From contig CALIOE010000039.1 of NCBI GenBank assembly GCA_938044775.1, positions 1,200-65,199 of the forward strand: 64,000 nt of DNA, in the 5' to 3' direction. This document shows, in pieces, positions 46,218-56,226 of this stretch. Origin of the DNA: an uncultured Rhizobiaceae group bacterium (lineage in GTDB: Bacteria > Pseudomonadota > Alphaproteobacteria > Rhizobiales > Rhizobiaceae). Below the pieces are notes generated by a model. It was not told the origin of the DNA, did no database searches, and worked only from the letters and a program-made list of their open reading frames with translations. The translations under genes and the position numbers were made by a program. The number at the start of each line of letters is the position of its first letter. Position 1 is the first letter of the stretch.

Positions 46218-47522
46218 ATGAGGCTGGGCGGTCGCGTTCAGGCGGCAATCGACGTTCTGTCGGACATAGAAAAACGCAACCGACCGGCATCTGTCGCTTT
46301 GCGGGACTGGGGCGTAAACAACCGATTTGCTGGATCTGGTGACAGATCGGCGATCGGCAACATTGTGTACGACGGTCTGCGTCGAAAGAGCTCTACCCGG
46401 TATTTGATGGACAGCGACAAGACCCGTCGCCTCGTACTCGGTACCCTGCTGCGGAGCTGGGGCTTTACGCCGGAATCGCTGAACGAGGCGTTTGATGGCG
46501 ACAAGTTCGCTCCTGACCCGCTGACCGAACAGGAGGCGGCCGCTTATCTGTCCCGCAGCCTTACAGATGCTCCATCGCACATCCAGGCTGACGTTCCAGA
46601 ATGGCTGGCCGGATCCATGCAGGCAAACTTTGCTGAACAATGGGTTGTGGAGGCGCAGGCGTTAGCGGAACGGCCACCTGTCGATCTGAGGGTCAACACT
46701 TTGAAGGCCGGTCTTGGCAAGGTTGCAAAAGCTCTTCACAAGTCCGGCGCCGTTCCGACCGCTATCGCGCGGCACGGATTGCGCATCGCCGCAGGGCAGG
46801 GGGCATCCCGCACGCCAAACGTGCAGGCCGACGCGGCGTTTCAAAAAGGCTGGTTTGAAGTACAGGATGAGGGCAGTCAAATCGTTGCTGACCTCGTCTT
46901 TGCCCGCCCCGGAGAACAGGTGCTTGATTTCTGTGCCGGGGCCGGTGGCAAGACACTGGCCATGGCGGCAAGCATGGAAAACAAGGGGCAGATCCACGCA
47001 TATGATGCCGACAGACAGAGGTTAAAGCCAATCTATGAACGTCTGAAGCGCGCTGGTGTCCGCAACTCTCAGGTCCATGCACCCGATGACGATCTGTCCG
47101 ACCTTGTCGGCAAGATGGATCGCGTTGTGGTCGACGCCCCGTGCACGGGCACGGGGACCTGGCGACGGCGGCCAGATTCGAAATGGAAACTGACGAAAGA
47201 AGCACTCGAAACTCGGATGACCGAGCAGGAAGAGGCCCTCTCTGAGGCAGCACCATTTGTCCGCCCGGGCGGTTATCTGATCTACATCACGTGCAGCGTT
47301 TTGCCTGAAGAAAACGAGAACCAGATACAGTCCTTCATCGAGGACAATCCGGAGTTCGAACTTCTTTCCGTCGGCGAGGTGTGGCAGGACCTTTTCGGCT
47401 TTGACAAACGGCAACCCTGGTCGTCTGATATGAAAACCGTCACCCTCACCCCTTGTTCCACAGGCACTGATGGCTTCTTCTTTGCCGTGGCAGGCCGGAA
47501 CCAGGTTGGAATCAAAACATGA
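46218..47522 (+). CDS. RsmB/NOP-family SAM-dependent RNA (cytosine-C5) methyltransferase
   Basis: Segments DFCAGAGGKTLAMA (SAM), DAPCTGTGTWRRRPD and ITCSVLPEENE (the two catalytic Cys motifs). Confidence 0.85.
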   Translation: MRLGGRVQAAIDVLSDIEKRNRPASVALRDWGVNNRFAGSGDRSAIGNIVYDGLRRKSSTRYLMDSDKTRRLVLGTLLRSWGFTPESLNEAFDGDKFAPDPLTEQEAAAYLSRSLTDAPSHIQADVPEWLAGSMQANFAEQWVVEAQALAERPPVDLRVNTLKAGLGKVAKALHKSGAVPTAIARHGLRIAAGQGASRTPNVQADAAFQKGWFEVQDEGSQIVADLVFARPGEQVLDFCAGAGGKTLAMAASMENKGQIHAYDADRQRLKPIYERLKRAGVRNSQVHAPDDDLSDLVGKMDRVVVDAPCTGTGTWRRRPDSKWKLTKEALETRMTEQEEALSEAAPFVRPGGYLIYITCSVLPEENENQIQSFIEDNPEFELLSVGEVWQDLFGFDKRQPWSSDMKTVTLTPCSTGTDGFFFAVAGRNQVGIKT

Positions 47523-47971
47523 GCCGCTTCATTCTACTCGTTGTATTCGTTGTCGTTGTTGAAGGGGTTGGTGCGTTCATGGGCACACAGTTCATGGCAG
47601 GCGAATGGTATTCGGCGCTCAACAAGCCGTTCTTCAACCCGCCCGCAGCCGCGTTTGGCCTCGTTTGGCCGATTCTATATCTGCTCATAGCGTTCGCCGG
47701 CTGGCGGGTTTTCATCAGCGATGGCGAGATCCCGGGTTGGGGATACTGGGTCATCCAAATGGTGCTCAACTTTGCCTGGAGCCCCGTATTTTTTGGTGCG
47801 CACCAGATATTTTGGGCTATCTGGGTTATCGGCGGTGCGCTGCTGGCCTCGCTGGCATTCGCTAGTGTGACCTGGGAGAAAGATCGCTTGGCGTCGGTAT
47901 GTTTCATCCCATATATCGCGTGGCTGGGCTTTGCCCTGCTCCTGAACGTCTCTATCTGGCTTCTGAACTAA
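47519..47971 (+). CDS. tspO: Tryptophan-rich sensory protein TspO/MBR
   Basis: Its ATGA start overlaps the upstream gene. It is a 5-TM, Trp-rich protein (WYSALNKPFFNPPAAAFGLVWPILY, NFAWSPVFFG). Confidence 0.85.
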   Translation: MSRFILLVVFVVVVEGVGAFMGTQFMAGEWYSALNKPFFNPPAAAFGLVWPILYLLIAFAGWRVFISDGEIPGWGYWVIQMVLNFAWSPVFFGAHQIFWAIWVIGGALLASLAFASVTWEKDRLASVCFIPYIAWLGFALLLNVSIWLLN

Positions 47972-48051
47972 GCCAGTTGGAAAGTGTGCGTTTTCGCACA
48001 CATCGATCCTGAAGACCTGTCAAAGCGTCTCTGTCGAGAATAAGAAACAGC

Positions 48052-48762
48052 ATGGAAATTGGTGCCGACATTATCGAGGAGTTTGCCACGCCGGGAAAAC
48101 TGGTGGGGCATCTTTCGTACGTTCTGCTCGTAGCCTCGATGCTCATGCGCTCCATGAAATGGCTGCGCGCCATCGCGATCTCAGCAGGTGTGGTTTCGGC
48201 GTTCTACGGCTACTTCTGGCTCAACGACTTCGTCACCGTGTTCTGGGAGGTCATCTTTGTGACGACCAATCTCGTGCAACTGCTTATTCTCGAATGGGAA
48301 AACCGCCGGGCACGGTTTTCAGAGGACGAAGCCAAGTTCATTGCAGCTGCAGTGCCGAATGTGGAAAAGGCGCATGCAAGCAGGCTTGTGAAGCTGGCCA
48401 AGCGGGTTGAATATCCCGCTGGAACGGTACTCACCACCGAGGGAGAAAAAGTCGAGAACTTGCTGTTTCTGCTCGAGGGGGCAGTGCGCATCGACAAGGG
48501 CGGCGATATGGTCGGAGTTTGCGGCCATGACGACTTTATCGGCGAAATTGGCTTTATGCTGAAGACCAACGCCACAGCCACAGCGGTTGTCACCAATTCC
48601 GTCCATTGTCTTAGTTTCAACCACCGCGATCTCGGCCGCATGCTGGCCAAGGACAATTCCTTGCGTCACGCTCTTGAATCCAGCTTTAACCGCAACCTGG
48701 TTGAAAAGCTGGTCAAGTCAAATGAGGGTTTCGGCTCACGCGACGGGAAGGCGTCTCTCTAG
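48052..48762 (+). CDS. Three-TM membrane protein with a C-terminal cyclic-nucleotide-binding-like domain (Popeye-like architecture)
   Basis: Three N-terminal helices are followed by a CRP-type beta-roll ([27 protein letters not shown]...[19 protein letters not shown]). Confidence 0.75.
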   Translation: MEIGADIIEEFATPGKLVGHLSYVLLVASMLMRSMKWLRAIAISAGVVSAFYGYFWLNDFVTVFWEVIFVTTNLVQLLILEWENRRARFSEDEAKFIAAAVPNVEKAHASRLVKLAKRVEYPAGTVLTTEGEKVENLLFLLEGAVRIDKGGDMVGVCGHDDFIGEIGFMLKTNATATAVVTNSVHCLSFNHRDLGRMLAKDNSLRHALESSFNRNLVEKLVKSNEGFGSRDGKASL

Positions 48763-48880
48763 CGGTTTGACGCTGATCGGTTCGGCCCTGCATTCACAGA
48801 TTAGAGTGATTTGCGAGTTGCCGCCTGTTGCGGCAAGGCGTAAAGGCGATGTCAATATTCCCGCATTTCTGGAGCCTGAC

Positions 48881-50437
48881 ATGGCCGACCGCAATCAATC
48901 GGTTCTCATCATCGATTTTGGCTCCCAGGTTACTCAGTTAATTGCGCGGCGGGTGCGCGAATGTGGCGTCTATTGCGAGATTCATCCTTTTAATCTCGCC
49001 GGACAAGCATTTGAAAATATGGCGCCTTCCGCTGTGATATTTTCCGGCGGACCGGCTTCCGTCATTGATCAGGGCTCGCCGCGGGCGCCGCAGGCGGTGT
49101 TTGATTCTGGTGTCCCTATTCTGGCGATATGTTACGGCCAGCAAACGCTTTGCACACAATTGGGCGGAACGGTTGAGGGCGGTCATCATCGAGAATTCGG
49201 GCGGGCCGATGTGGAAATCAAAAAGGCATCTCCGCTGTTTGATGATTTCTGGCAGGTCGGCAGCGCTTATCCGGTTTGGATGAGTCATGGAGACCGGGTG
49301 ACAGAGCTTCCAAGAGGTTTCGAGATTGTAGGCCACTCGCCGAATGCGCCGTTTGCAATCGCAGTCGATGAGCATCGCAGATACTACACGACCATGTTTC
49401 ATCCGGAAGTCGTGCACACCCCGGATGGCGCTCGGCTTTTGTCAAACTTTGTCCTAAAAATCGCCGGACTGGAAGCCGACTGGACCATGGCTGCGTACAA
49501 AGACCAGGCCATCGCAGCAATCCGAAAACAGGTCGGTGACAAGCGGGTGATTTGCGGCCTCTCTGGTGGCGTTGATTCCTCCGTTGCGGCCTTGCTCATT
49601 CACGAGGCTGTTGGCGACCAGTTGACGTGTATCCTTGTGGATCATGGCCTGATGCGCATGAACGAGGCGGCAGATGTCGTTGCAATGTTCCGGGAGCACT
49701 ACAATCTCAGCCTGGTTCACGTCGATGCATGCGACATGTTTATCGATGCTCTTGAAGGCCAAAGTGACCCGGAGACCAAGCGAAAAACGATTGGTCGCCT
49801 GTTCATCGAAGTGTTTGAAGAGGAAGCGAAGAAACTCGGGGGTGCCGACTTTCTTGCTCAGGGCACGCTTTATCCTGATGTGATCGAAAGCGTCAGTTTC
49901 ACGGGTGGGCCTTCGGTGACCATCAAGTCGCATCACAATGTCGGCGGTCTTCCGGAACGTATGAACATGCAGCTGGTCGAGCCACTGCGCGAACTGTTCA
50001 AAGACGAGGTCCGCGTTTTGGGCAAAGAACTCGGCCTGCCGGAAAGCTTCATCGGCCGGCATCCGTTCCCCGGTCCGGGCCTGGCGATCCGTTGCCCGGG
50101 CGGCGTCAGCCGTGAAAAGCTCGATATCCTACGCAAGGCAGATTCAATTTATCTCGATGAGATCCGCAAAGCAGGCCTGTACGACGCGATATGGCAGGCA
50201 TTTGCTGTGCTTCTGCCGGTGCAGACGGTGGGCGTGATGGGCGATGGAAGAACCTATGAGTTCGTCTGTGCGCTGCGTGCCGTCACCAGCGTCGACGGCA
50301 TGACCGCAGATTTCTATCCTTACGAGATGGATTTCCTGGGAAAAACCGCTACCCGCATCATCAACGAAGTCCAGGGCATTAACCGCGTGGTGTACGATGT
50401 GACCAGCAAGCCACCTGGTACCATTGAATGGGAATAG
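48881..50437 (+). CDS. guaA: GMP synthase (glutamine-hydrolysing)
   Basis: Start [27 protein letters not shown]. It has a GATase-1 domain (ILAICYGQQ), the PP-loop LSGGVDSSV, and the C-terminal end [11 protein letters not shown]. 518 aa. Confidence 0.95.
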   Translation: MADRNQSVLIIDFGSQVTQLIARRVRECGVYCEIHPFNLAGQAFENMAPSAVIFSGGPASVIDQGSPRAPQAVFDSGVPILAICYGQQTLCTQLGGTVEGGHHREFGRADVEIKKASPLFDDFWQVGSAYPVWMSHGDRVTELPRGFEIVGHSPNAPFAIAVDEHRRYYTTMFHPEVVHTPDGARLLSNFVLKIAGLEADWTMAAYKDQAIAAIRKQVGDKRVICGLSGGVDSSVAALLIHEAVGDQLTCILVDHGLMRMNEAADVVAMFREHYNLSLVHVDACDMFIDALEGQSDPETKRKTIGRLFIEVFEEEAKKLGGADFLAQGTLYPDVIESVSFTGGPSVTIKSHHNVGGLPERMNMQLVEPLRELFKDEVRVLGKELGLPESFIGRHPFPGPGLAIRCPGGVSREKLDILRKADSIYLDEIRKAGLYDAIWQAFAVLLPVQTVGVMGDGRTYEFVCALRAVTSVDGMTADFYPYEMDFLGKTATRIINEVQGINRVVYDVTSKPPGTIEWE

Positions 50438-50569
50438 GCTTGTCTGGCTCGGGAACGGGATAGGCAGTCTGTGTTGTCGCGCTGCAAACTTGCCGACCGT
50501 CGTGACTGCTTCAAAGAGATCGGTAAACCACCGGGGTGGTCCACCGTTCAAACCCTTTGATTTGCGTTG

Positions 50570-51214
50570 TTAGTCGGCCGCAAAACACATAAAGAGACCT
50601 GCGCCACCGGTTTTTGTCAGATCTTCCTGTGAGCAGCCGCGAGAATTATGCGCCTGGTTCCAGGACGTGTTACCACCGCCGTGACGGTCGTGGTGACCGA
50701 CCGTTGCACTGCCTTCGCCGGAGCTGGTCCAGTTGGAACAGGTACGGTCATTTTCTTCTCTTGGGAAATAGGCGGTACCATCCGCCATGGTGCCGGTGAG
50801 AATGTCGTGTTGATTGGGTTTGTCTCCGCGCCCCTTTACAGGCTTGCCTGATTCATCCAGCGCAGTCGATTTGAGAATATTTGCATTCAGATGAAGCTGA
50901 TCGAGGTCTTCGGCAATAAGGACGCCTTTTGCATTGTGCCAGGGACCGGTCCCAATTCGATCGCGCGCAGATATTCCGCGTTTGCCTTCTTCCTGGGTGC
51001 TCAGATAGGCCTTCCATGTGCGCCCGGAGGATCCTGCTGCTTCCGCCAGCTTGGCGCAGTGGGCATCCGCGCCCTCCAGGCCACCGAGATTGCCGCCATT
51101 GCCGGAACCGACACTGGTCACGAAGAAGCCCATTTGTTTTTCCTGCGCAAACGCGGCAACGTTCGCGGTCGCCAGAAGAGGCAGTGCCAATGCCATTGCA
51201 GTTGAAAGTCTCAT
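50570..51214 (-). CDS. Exported endostatin-like / DUF1554-like (C-type-lectin-fold) protein
   Basis: The MRLSTAMALALPLLATANVAAFA signal has a GAGAAGG SD. The mature part shares the endostatin pattern GG-x-x-GAD-x-x-C...G-x-W-[KR]-A-[FY]-LS[ST]...C-x-x-W...GC...[FL]-x-C, with four Cys. Confidence 0.6.
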   Translation of the reverse strand: MRLSTAMALALPLLATANVAAFAQEKQMGFFVTSVGSGNGGNLGGLEGADAHCAKLAEAAGSSGRTWKAYLSTQEEGKRGISARDRIGTGPWHNAKGVLIAEDLDQLHLNANILKSTALDESGKPVKGRGDKPNQHDILTGTMADGTAYFPREENDRTCSNWTSSGEGSATVGHHDRHGGGNTSWNQAHNSRGCSQEDLTKTGGAGLFMCFAAD

Positions 51215-51466
51215 GATATCGCCTTCTCGCAGAGTGATTGTGCCGGTGGTGCCCGACGGTTGATCGCGTGAGTTTGGCCTTTCCCGTTCTTCGCCTGCAA
51301 CTGCGGCAGGCTGGTCTTTACTTGGATGCCGTTCGTAGAACCGCTGCTGCTGTACGACGAGCATACAATGCTTTTGTTTTCAGTCTTTTGGGCGCATAAA
51401 TCCATTCAAGAAGCATGAGTGTATTACTCAAAGGGATCGCCGGTGAAGCATCGCGAAGAGACTTAC

Positions 51467-52276
51467 ATGGCGTTGACCGCGTTGTTTGCGGCGCTGCTGA
51501 TTGCTGCAACGCAAATGCAGCAGGGTGGTTTGGTCGCAGCGATTGGGTCTTATGTCTACTGGATTATCAGAATTTCAATTGAAGGATTGCTCTTTCTCGT
51601 CACCCGTCAGGCCCTGGAAAAATACACGCCTCAGGCCACGTCAACTGTAACGATTGCCGTTGGTGCAATTCTGGCGAGCCATATTCCCTTCGTTCTCTCG
51701 GTCACCGCAATCGACATCGTTCTCGGCTATCCGGAGCTGGGCATCGAAGATGGCAATGGCGATGTGCTGTCCCGCATCGCGGCTTTCGCTCTCGAACTCA
51801 TTTATCTGTTCGACAATCACCTGGCCCTGTGCGTGTTGCTAAGTCTGCCGCAATTGATGATGCAGAGGCTCGGTCCGGGTTCCCGCGATCACGGTTCTTT
51901 GGCACCGAATGGCGAAGAGCTGGACCGGGAGCGGAGTTCCGGAACCATTCTCTCGGCAATTTCGCCTCCGTTGGAGGGACAAATCACATGGATCGAGGCT
52001 CAGGAGCACTACGTACGAATAGTCACGACCGAGGAGGTCCGCATGGTCTTGTGTCGGTTCTCGGATGTCACACGCGAAATGCCAGCGACCACCGGCATGC
52101 AGGTTCATCGCTCTCATTGGGTGGCGTATTCAGCCGCGGTTGTGGGGGAAAAAGTCGGACAGAATTTTCGGCTGACACTGCAGTCGGGCGACACCGTCCC
52201 GGTGAGCAGATCGTTCAGAAGTGCGGTCAGGACTAACTTTCGCAATGCGGAAGCACCGCTCGTTCGGGCCGAATAG
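51467..52276 (+). CDS. Membrane-anchored LytTR DNA-binding domain protein (start uncertain, ORF opens at 51419)
   Basis: About four N-terminal TM helices are followed by a LytTR core (ITWIEAQEHYVRIVTTEEVRMVLCRFSDVTREMP...MQVHRSHWV). Confidence 0.7.
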   Translation: MALTALFAALLIAATQMQQGGLVAAIGSYVYWIIRISIEGLLFLVTRQALEKYTPQATSTVTIAVGAILASHIPFVLSVTAIDIVLGYPELGIEDGNGDVLSRIAAFALELIYLFDNHLALCVLLSLPQLMMQRLGPGSRDHGSLAPNGEELDRERSSGTILSAISPPLEGQITWIEAQEHYVRIVTTEEVRMVLCRFSDVTREMPATTGMQVHRSHWVAYSAAVVGEKVGQNFRLTLQSGDTVPVSRSFRSAVRTNFRNAEAPLVRAE

Positions 52277-52558
52277 TCATCAGGCTCGATTTTCTCAAAT
52301 AGTGCTCCCAAACCGCCTGTCAGTGGACTTTTGGTGCCTTGTGTCGGTAAGCGCCCATGCTTTCGATCTAAAGTGCCCACGACATCTTGTCCCAAAGGCA
52401 GTGTCGCCGAGGGGCAGGTCGAGCGAAGGGCACTGTCCCGAGCCCTTGATCGGACGCCGGTTGCAAAATCTCCGGTATGTTTTGGCTCTTGAAACTCAAA
52501 AGGTCAGGTGGTCAACTCCTTGGATTGGGGCGGTGGTTGGTTCTTCAGGATGTTAACG

Positions 52559-54403
52559 ATGCGCTTTACACTTTTGGTACTACTTTGCTTCTGCCTTTCT
52601 GCGAAAGGGGCGTTTGCCCAGACCGTGGAAACCGTCAAGCGCGATATTTTGTCTGCGCTCAGCACTCCGCTACCGATCACTGTTATTGGACCGCTCATCA
52701 CCCGCGATGTGGACGTTACCCCGGACGGTGATGGCTTCCGCGCAAAACTAGATAACGCGCTGTTGATGGGAATCGTGCCACTTGGTTCGCTTTCCTTCAA
52801 GCTGACCCCGCAAGGCGACAGCGGCAACTACAGGATAACCGACTTCGAGTTTCCAAAGAGCATCGAAGTCTTCAATGCCGCAACGCTTGGCATTGGGGCA
52901 ACGGAGTTTGACGGCTTGTGGTCATCACAGTCGCGATCCTATCAAACGCTCGCATTTAAGCTGAACGACGTTTCAGTGCTGCCTAAGAACTTTGCAGGTG
53001 GCAGTGTCAAATTGGGCTCTCTTGCGCTTGATGTGGACAAGGAAGGCCAAAGCGGAGCGACTGAAAGCCGGTTTGCACTGGCGGCCCGCAATTTGATTTC
53101 CAAGGGGCTGCCTGCCGATGACGTTGCTGTTTCGAGCATAGTTGCCGAGCTGAAGGCAAATGGCAAAGAACCGGTGGATCTCTATGCCGTCATCAGCCGT
53201 TTCGCGATACTGGCTGCCATGCAGCAGGATCAGAGTGCCCTTTTGCGCTTTGCCGAAAGCCTCCGCGCAAAGAGTTATGACAGTGTTTCTCTGAATTTCA
53301 CGCTTGATGGATTTGCCATGAAGCCGAACGTTCCGGGTTCTGACAAGCGCCTGGCAATAGAGCGCGTGAGCGGCATCGCAGGGATCACCGACATGACCCC
53401 CGACGAGTGGGGAAAGGTTGTGTTGAACGTCGATGGCGCAAACATTTTTGACAAGGGATACTCTGATCTGAAAGCACTTGAGATCGCCGGCGGTACTGCG
53501 ACGATTTCCGGTTCCCAGATACCGATTGGATCTACGCTCAGTGCCATAACGCGATTGCAGGCACTATCGAGCGGACAAACTGTCCGCATAAGTGCGACGG
53601 ATCTGATTGATGGATTCCTGAATTTTGGCAGGCTGGCCTTCACTTCAAAGGCCAGTGGTATTTCGGTTCTGCCGAGAAGCGACCGGGAGCCGACCCTCAA
53701 TGTGGGATCTTATTCGACAGGTTTCGGCCTGGAAGGATTTCGGGCTCAGCAGGGGCGAGTGTTCGTTGATTCTGAATTCAACGAGCTCTCAATTGTGCCC
53801 GGTAAGTCCAGCAAAGCCCTGGACGCGCGGATTCTGCGGACGCTTCTTCCAAAGAACGCCCGTTATGACGTCAGTGTCTCAGAACTCAATGAGGGGCTGC
53901 TCCGCAAGCTGGCTGCTGATCTGGTAATCTCTTCGGAGGATGACCTGCCGGGCTTGGCAGCACCGGCGCTGGTCTATCTCATGGCGATGAGGCCTGTACT
54001 CACGACCAGAGAGGCAAGATTCGTCAGTGGAGAAATAGACGCCAGATTTACGGGCAAGGTGAGATTTTATCCTGCTTGGCTGTTAAGTGCCCTTGCATAC
54101 GAAGGCGAGTCGCGCATGACTCTGGCTGGATTTGACAAACTGAAAGCTCTGCTGAACGACATCGAGCAATCGCCTGAATTTGGCAGCCGGCCCGGCAATT
54201 CTGACCGGAACTCTCTGGCGGTCATGAAGGGTGTGTTGAGCACCATGAAAGCCCTGTCCAGGAATGAGGACGGAAATATGGTTTGGAATATCGTCTATCC
54301 AGAAGCCGGTAAGGCATTGTTTATGGTCAACGACGTTTCGATGCGGTTCCCGGACATCGCATCTTATTTGCCTTTGATGACGATGGGAGCAGCACTGCGC
54401 TGA
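52559..54403 (+). CDS. Large exported protein of unknown function (~614 aa)
   Basis: The signal peptide MRFTLLVLLCFCLSAKGAFAQ has an AGGA 8 nt upstream. No motif recognised. The composition is protein-like throughout. Confidence 0.6.
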   Translation: MRFTLLVLLCFCLSAKGAFAQTVETVKRDILSALSTPLPITVIGPLITRDVDVTPDGDGFRAKLDNALLMGIVPLGSLSFKLTPQGDSGNYRITDFEFPKSIEVFNAATLGIGATEFDGLWSSQSRSYQTLAFKLNDVSVLPKNFAGGSVKLGSLALDVDKEGQSGATESRFALAARNLISKGLPADDVAVSSIVAELKANGKEPVDLYAVISRFAILAAMQQDQSALLRFAESLRAKSYDSVSLNFTLDGFAMKPNVPGSDKRLAIERVSGIAGITDMTPDEWGKVVLNVDGANIFDKGYSDLKALEIAGGTATISGSQIPIGSTLSAITRLQALSSGQTVRISATDLIDGFLNFGRLAFTSKASGISVLPRSDREPTLNVGSYSTGFGLEGFRAQQGRVFVDSEFNELSIVPGKSSKALDARILRTLLPKNARYDVSVSELNEGLLRKLAADLVISSEDDLPGLAAPALVYLMAMRPVLTTREARFVSGEIDARFTGKVRFYPAWLLSALAYEGESRMTLAGFDKLKALLNDIEQSPEFGSRPGNSDRNSLAVMKGVLSTMKALSRNEDGNMVWNIVYPEAGKALFMVNDVSMRFPDIASYLPLMTMGAALR

Positions 54404-54437
54404 GAAATCCTACGTCTTCCGGACGTTTCGGCGCGTT

Positions 54438-54770
54438 CTAGCGGCCCGCGCAACGCACGCACATTTCGGCCATCGGGTCGATTTCCAGCCGACCGTCGGG
54501 AATTGTTTCGCCACAATCCTCACAAAAGCCATACTCGCCATCGCGTAGGCGACGCTCTGCAGCCTCTATGCGAACCAGATCAGCGCTGCGTTTCGCCTCA
54601 GTCGCCTTATTCATAGCCTGTTGCTGCATGGCGTCCATGCGCGACAGACGCCCAACGGATTGCTGATCCAGTGCTACCGGATCGCGGGCTTCAGCTGACA
54701 ATGCCGAAAGTTCTGCCAGTTCAGTCCGTCGTTCTTCCAATCGCCTTTGCGCTTTGTTCATGTCTGGCAA
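54438..54770 (-). CDS. DksA/TraR-family C4 zinc-finger protein
   Basis: A coiled-coil N-terminus is followed by CEDCGETIPDGRLEIDPMAEMCVRC. Confidence 0.8.
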   Translation of the reverse strand: MPDMNKAQRRLEERRTELAELSALSAEARDPVALDQQSVGRLSRMDAMQQQAMNKATEAKRSADLVRIEAAERRLRDGEYGFCEDCGETIPDGRLEIDPMAEMCVRCAGR

Positions 54771-54853
54771 GTATTGCTCCTGTCTTGCAGGGTATGTTTT
54801 CGAAGATTACCTTGGCGTTACAAACGAGTCATCTTTTTCGGTTGGGGGTTGCC

Positions 54854-55420
54854 ATGTGGCTTTTGATTTTGGGTCTGCTTGTCTTTTTGGGAATTCACTG
54901 TACGCGCATTTTTGCTTCGGACTGGCGAGAGCAACGCATTGCTGCCATGGGAGATGGCGCCTGGAAAGGGCTCTATTCAGTGGTGTCTCTGCTGGGTTTG
55001 GTGGCGATGGTTTATGGATATGCAACAGCTCAACCCAGCGCAGCCCAGATTTATGATGTGCCGATCTGGGCAACGACCTATGCCTATTTCGCAGTACCAC
55101 TGGGACTGATTCTCTTTGTGGCCGCCAACTTTCCCGCCGGCAACATCAAAAGAATATTCCAGCATCCCATGCTTTGGGGCACGGTGCTCTGGTCGACGGC
55201 TCATCTGGCCGCCAACGGTGACCTTGCTTCCTTGCTCTTGTTTGGCGGCTTTTTGATCTGGTCTGTGCTTAACCTGGTTTCCTGTTATTCGCGCGGGGGC
55301 ATTGCTGTATTGCGTCCCGCTGTCTGGGCCGACGTGGTTAGTATCATCCTTGGTATCGCCGTCACCTTCCTCTTTATTGTCTGGGCACACGAATGGTTGT
55401 TTGGCGTCAGGCCGGTTTAG
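54854..55420 (+). CDS. NnrU family membrane protein (second copy)
   Basis: MWLLILGLLVFLGIHCTRIF...FQHPMLWGTVLWSTAHLAANGD parallels the protein at 15645..16316. Confidence 0.7.
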   Translation: MWLLILGLLVFLGIHCTRIFASDWREQRIAAMGDGAWKGLYSVVSLLGLVAMVYGYATAQPSAAQIYDVPIWATTYAYFAVPLGLILFVAANFPAGNIKRIFQHPMLWGTVLWSTAHLAANGDLASLLLFGGFLIWSVLNLVSCYSRGGIAVLRPAVWADVVSIILGIAVTFLFIVWAHEWLFGVRPV

Positions 55421-55506
55421 CCAATTTACCCCTTACTTAACCGGCATTATCATGTAGAAACCCGAAAGTTGCCGGATCGGGTCCGGGTGAAGCAAATTGG
55501 GCTGTT

Positions 55507-56202
55507 ATGTCTGAAGACTCATTTATTCGCGAAGTCGAAGAAGAGCTGCGCAATGAACGGCTGCAGAACTTCTGGAAAAAATATGGAGCGATTGTCATCG
55601 CAGTCGCCGTTGGTGTGGTTCTCCTGACCGGGGGATACCGCGCCTACGAATGGTATACAGCCAAGCAGGCTGCTGATGCCGGAGACCGGTTCTTGAACGC
55701 GATCGATCTGGCCGATCAGGGTAAGAAAGACGAAGCGCTGACTGCCTTGAAGGAGTTTCAGGGCGAAACGACCGGCGCTTACAAGACGCTGGCACGCCTG
55801 CGTCTGGCCGCAGAACTGGGCGAGAAGGGTGATGTTGCAGAGGCAGTAGAAACCTACGACGCAATTGCAGCGGACGGCACAGCGGATATGAATTTCCGTT
55901 CCATTGCCCGTATCCGTTCCGGGTTATTGCTGGTTGACACCGGCAGTGTCACTGAAGTTGAAGCTCGGGTTGGATCACTGACCGGCCCCGGCGGTGCATA
56001 CCGTTCAATGGCGCTCGAAGCGCTCGGGCTGTCCTACTTCAAAGCTGGTGACCTGGAAAAGGCTGCAAGTCAGTTTCAAGACATCGTCAAAGACGAGCAG
56101 GCTACAGACGCGATCAAGCGGCGTTCAAATATCATGCTTGCTCTGATTGCTGCCCGCGGCGGACCAGGCGTCGTCGACAGTACTTCAGATAGTCAAGGCT
56201 GA
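55507..56202 (+). CDS. YfgM-like TPR membrane-anchored protein
   Basis: N-terminal segment FIREVEEELRNERLQNFWKKYG, one TM helix, then a TPR-like helical domain. Its position immediately upstream of der is conserved in proteobacteria. Confidence 0.65.
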   Translation: MSEDSFIREVEEELRNERLQNFWKKYGAIVIAVAVGVVLLTGGYRAYEWYTAKQAADAGDRFLNAIDLADQGKKDEALTALKEFQGETTGAYKTLARLRLAAELGEKGDVAEAVETYDAIAADGTADMNFRSIARIRSGLLLVDTGSVTEVEARVGSLTGPGGAYRSMALEALGLSYFKAGDLEKAASQFQDIVKDEQATDAIKRRSNIMLALIAARGGPGVVDSTSDSQG

Positions 56203-56226
56203 CATCAACGCCAAAGGCGCACGCTC

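Noticed and set aside
47985-48001. Hairpin GTGTGCG-TTTTC-GCACAC after tspO as a terminator
   Set aside because: The stem is short and no T-tract follows on the plus strand, so it is too weak to call.
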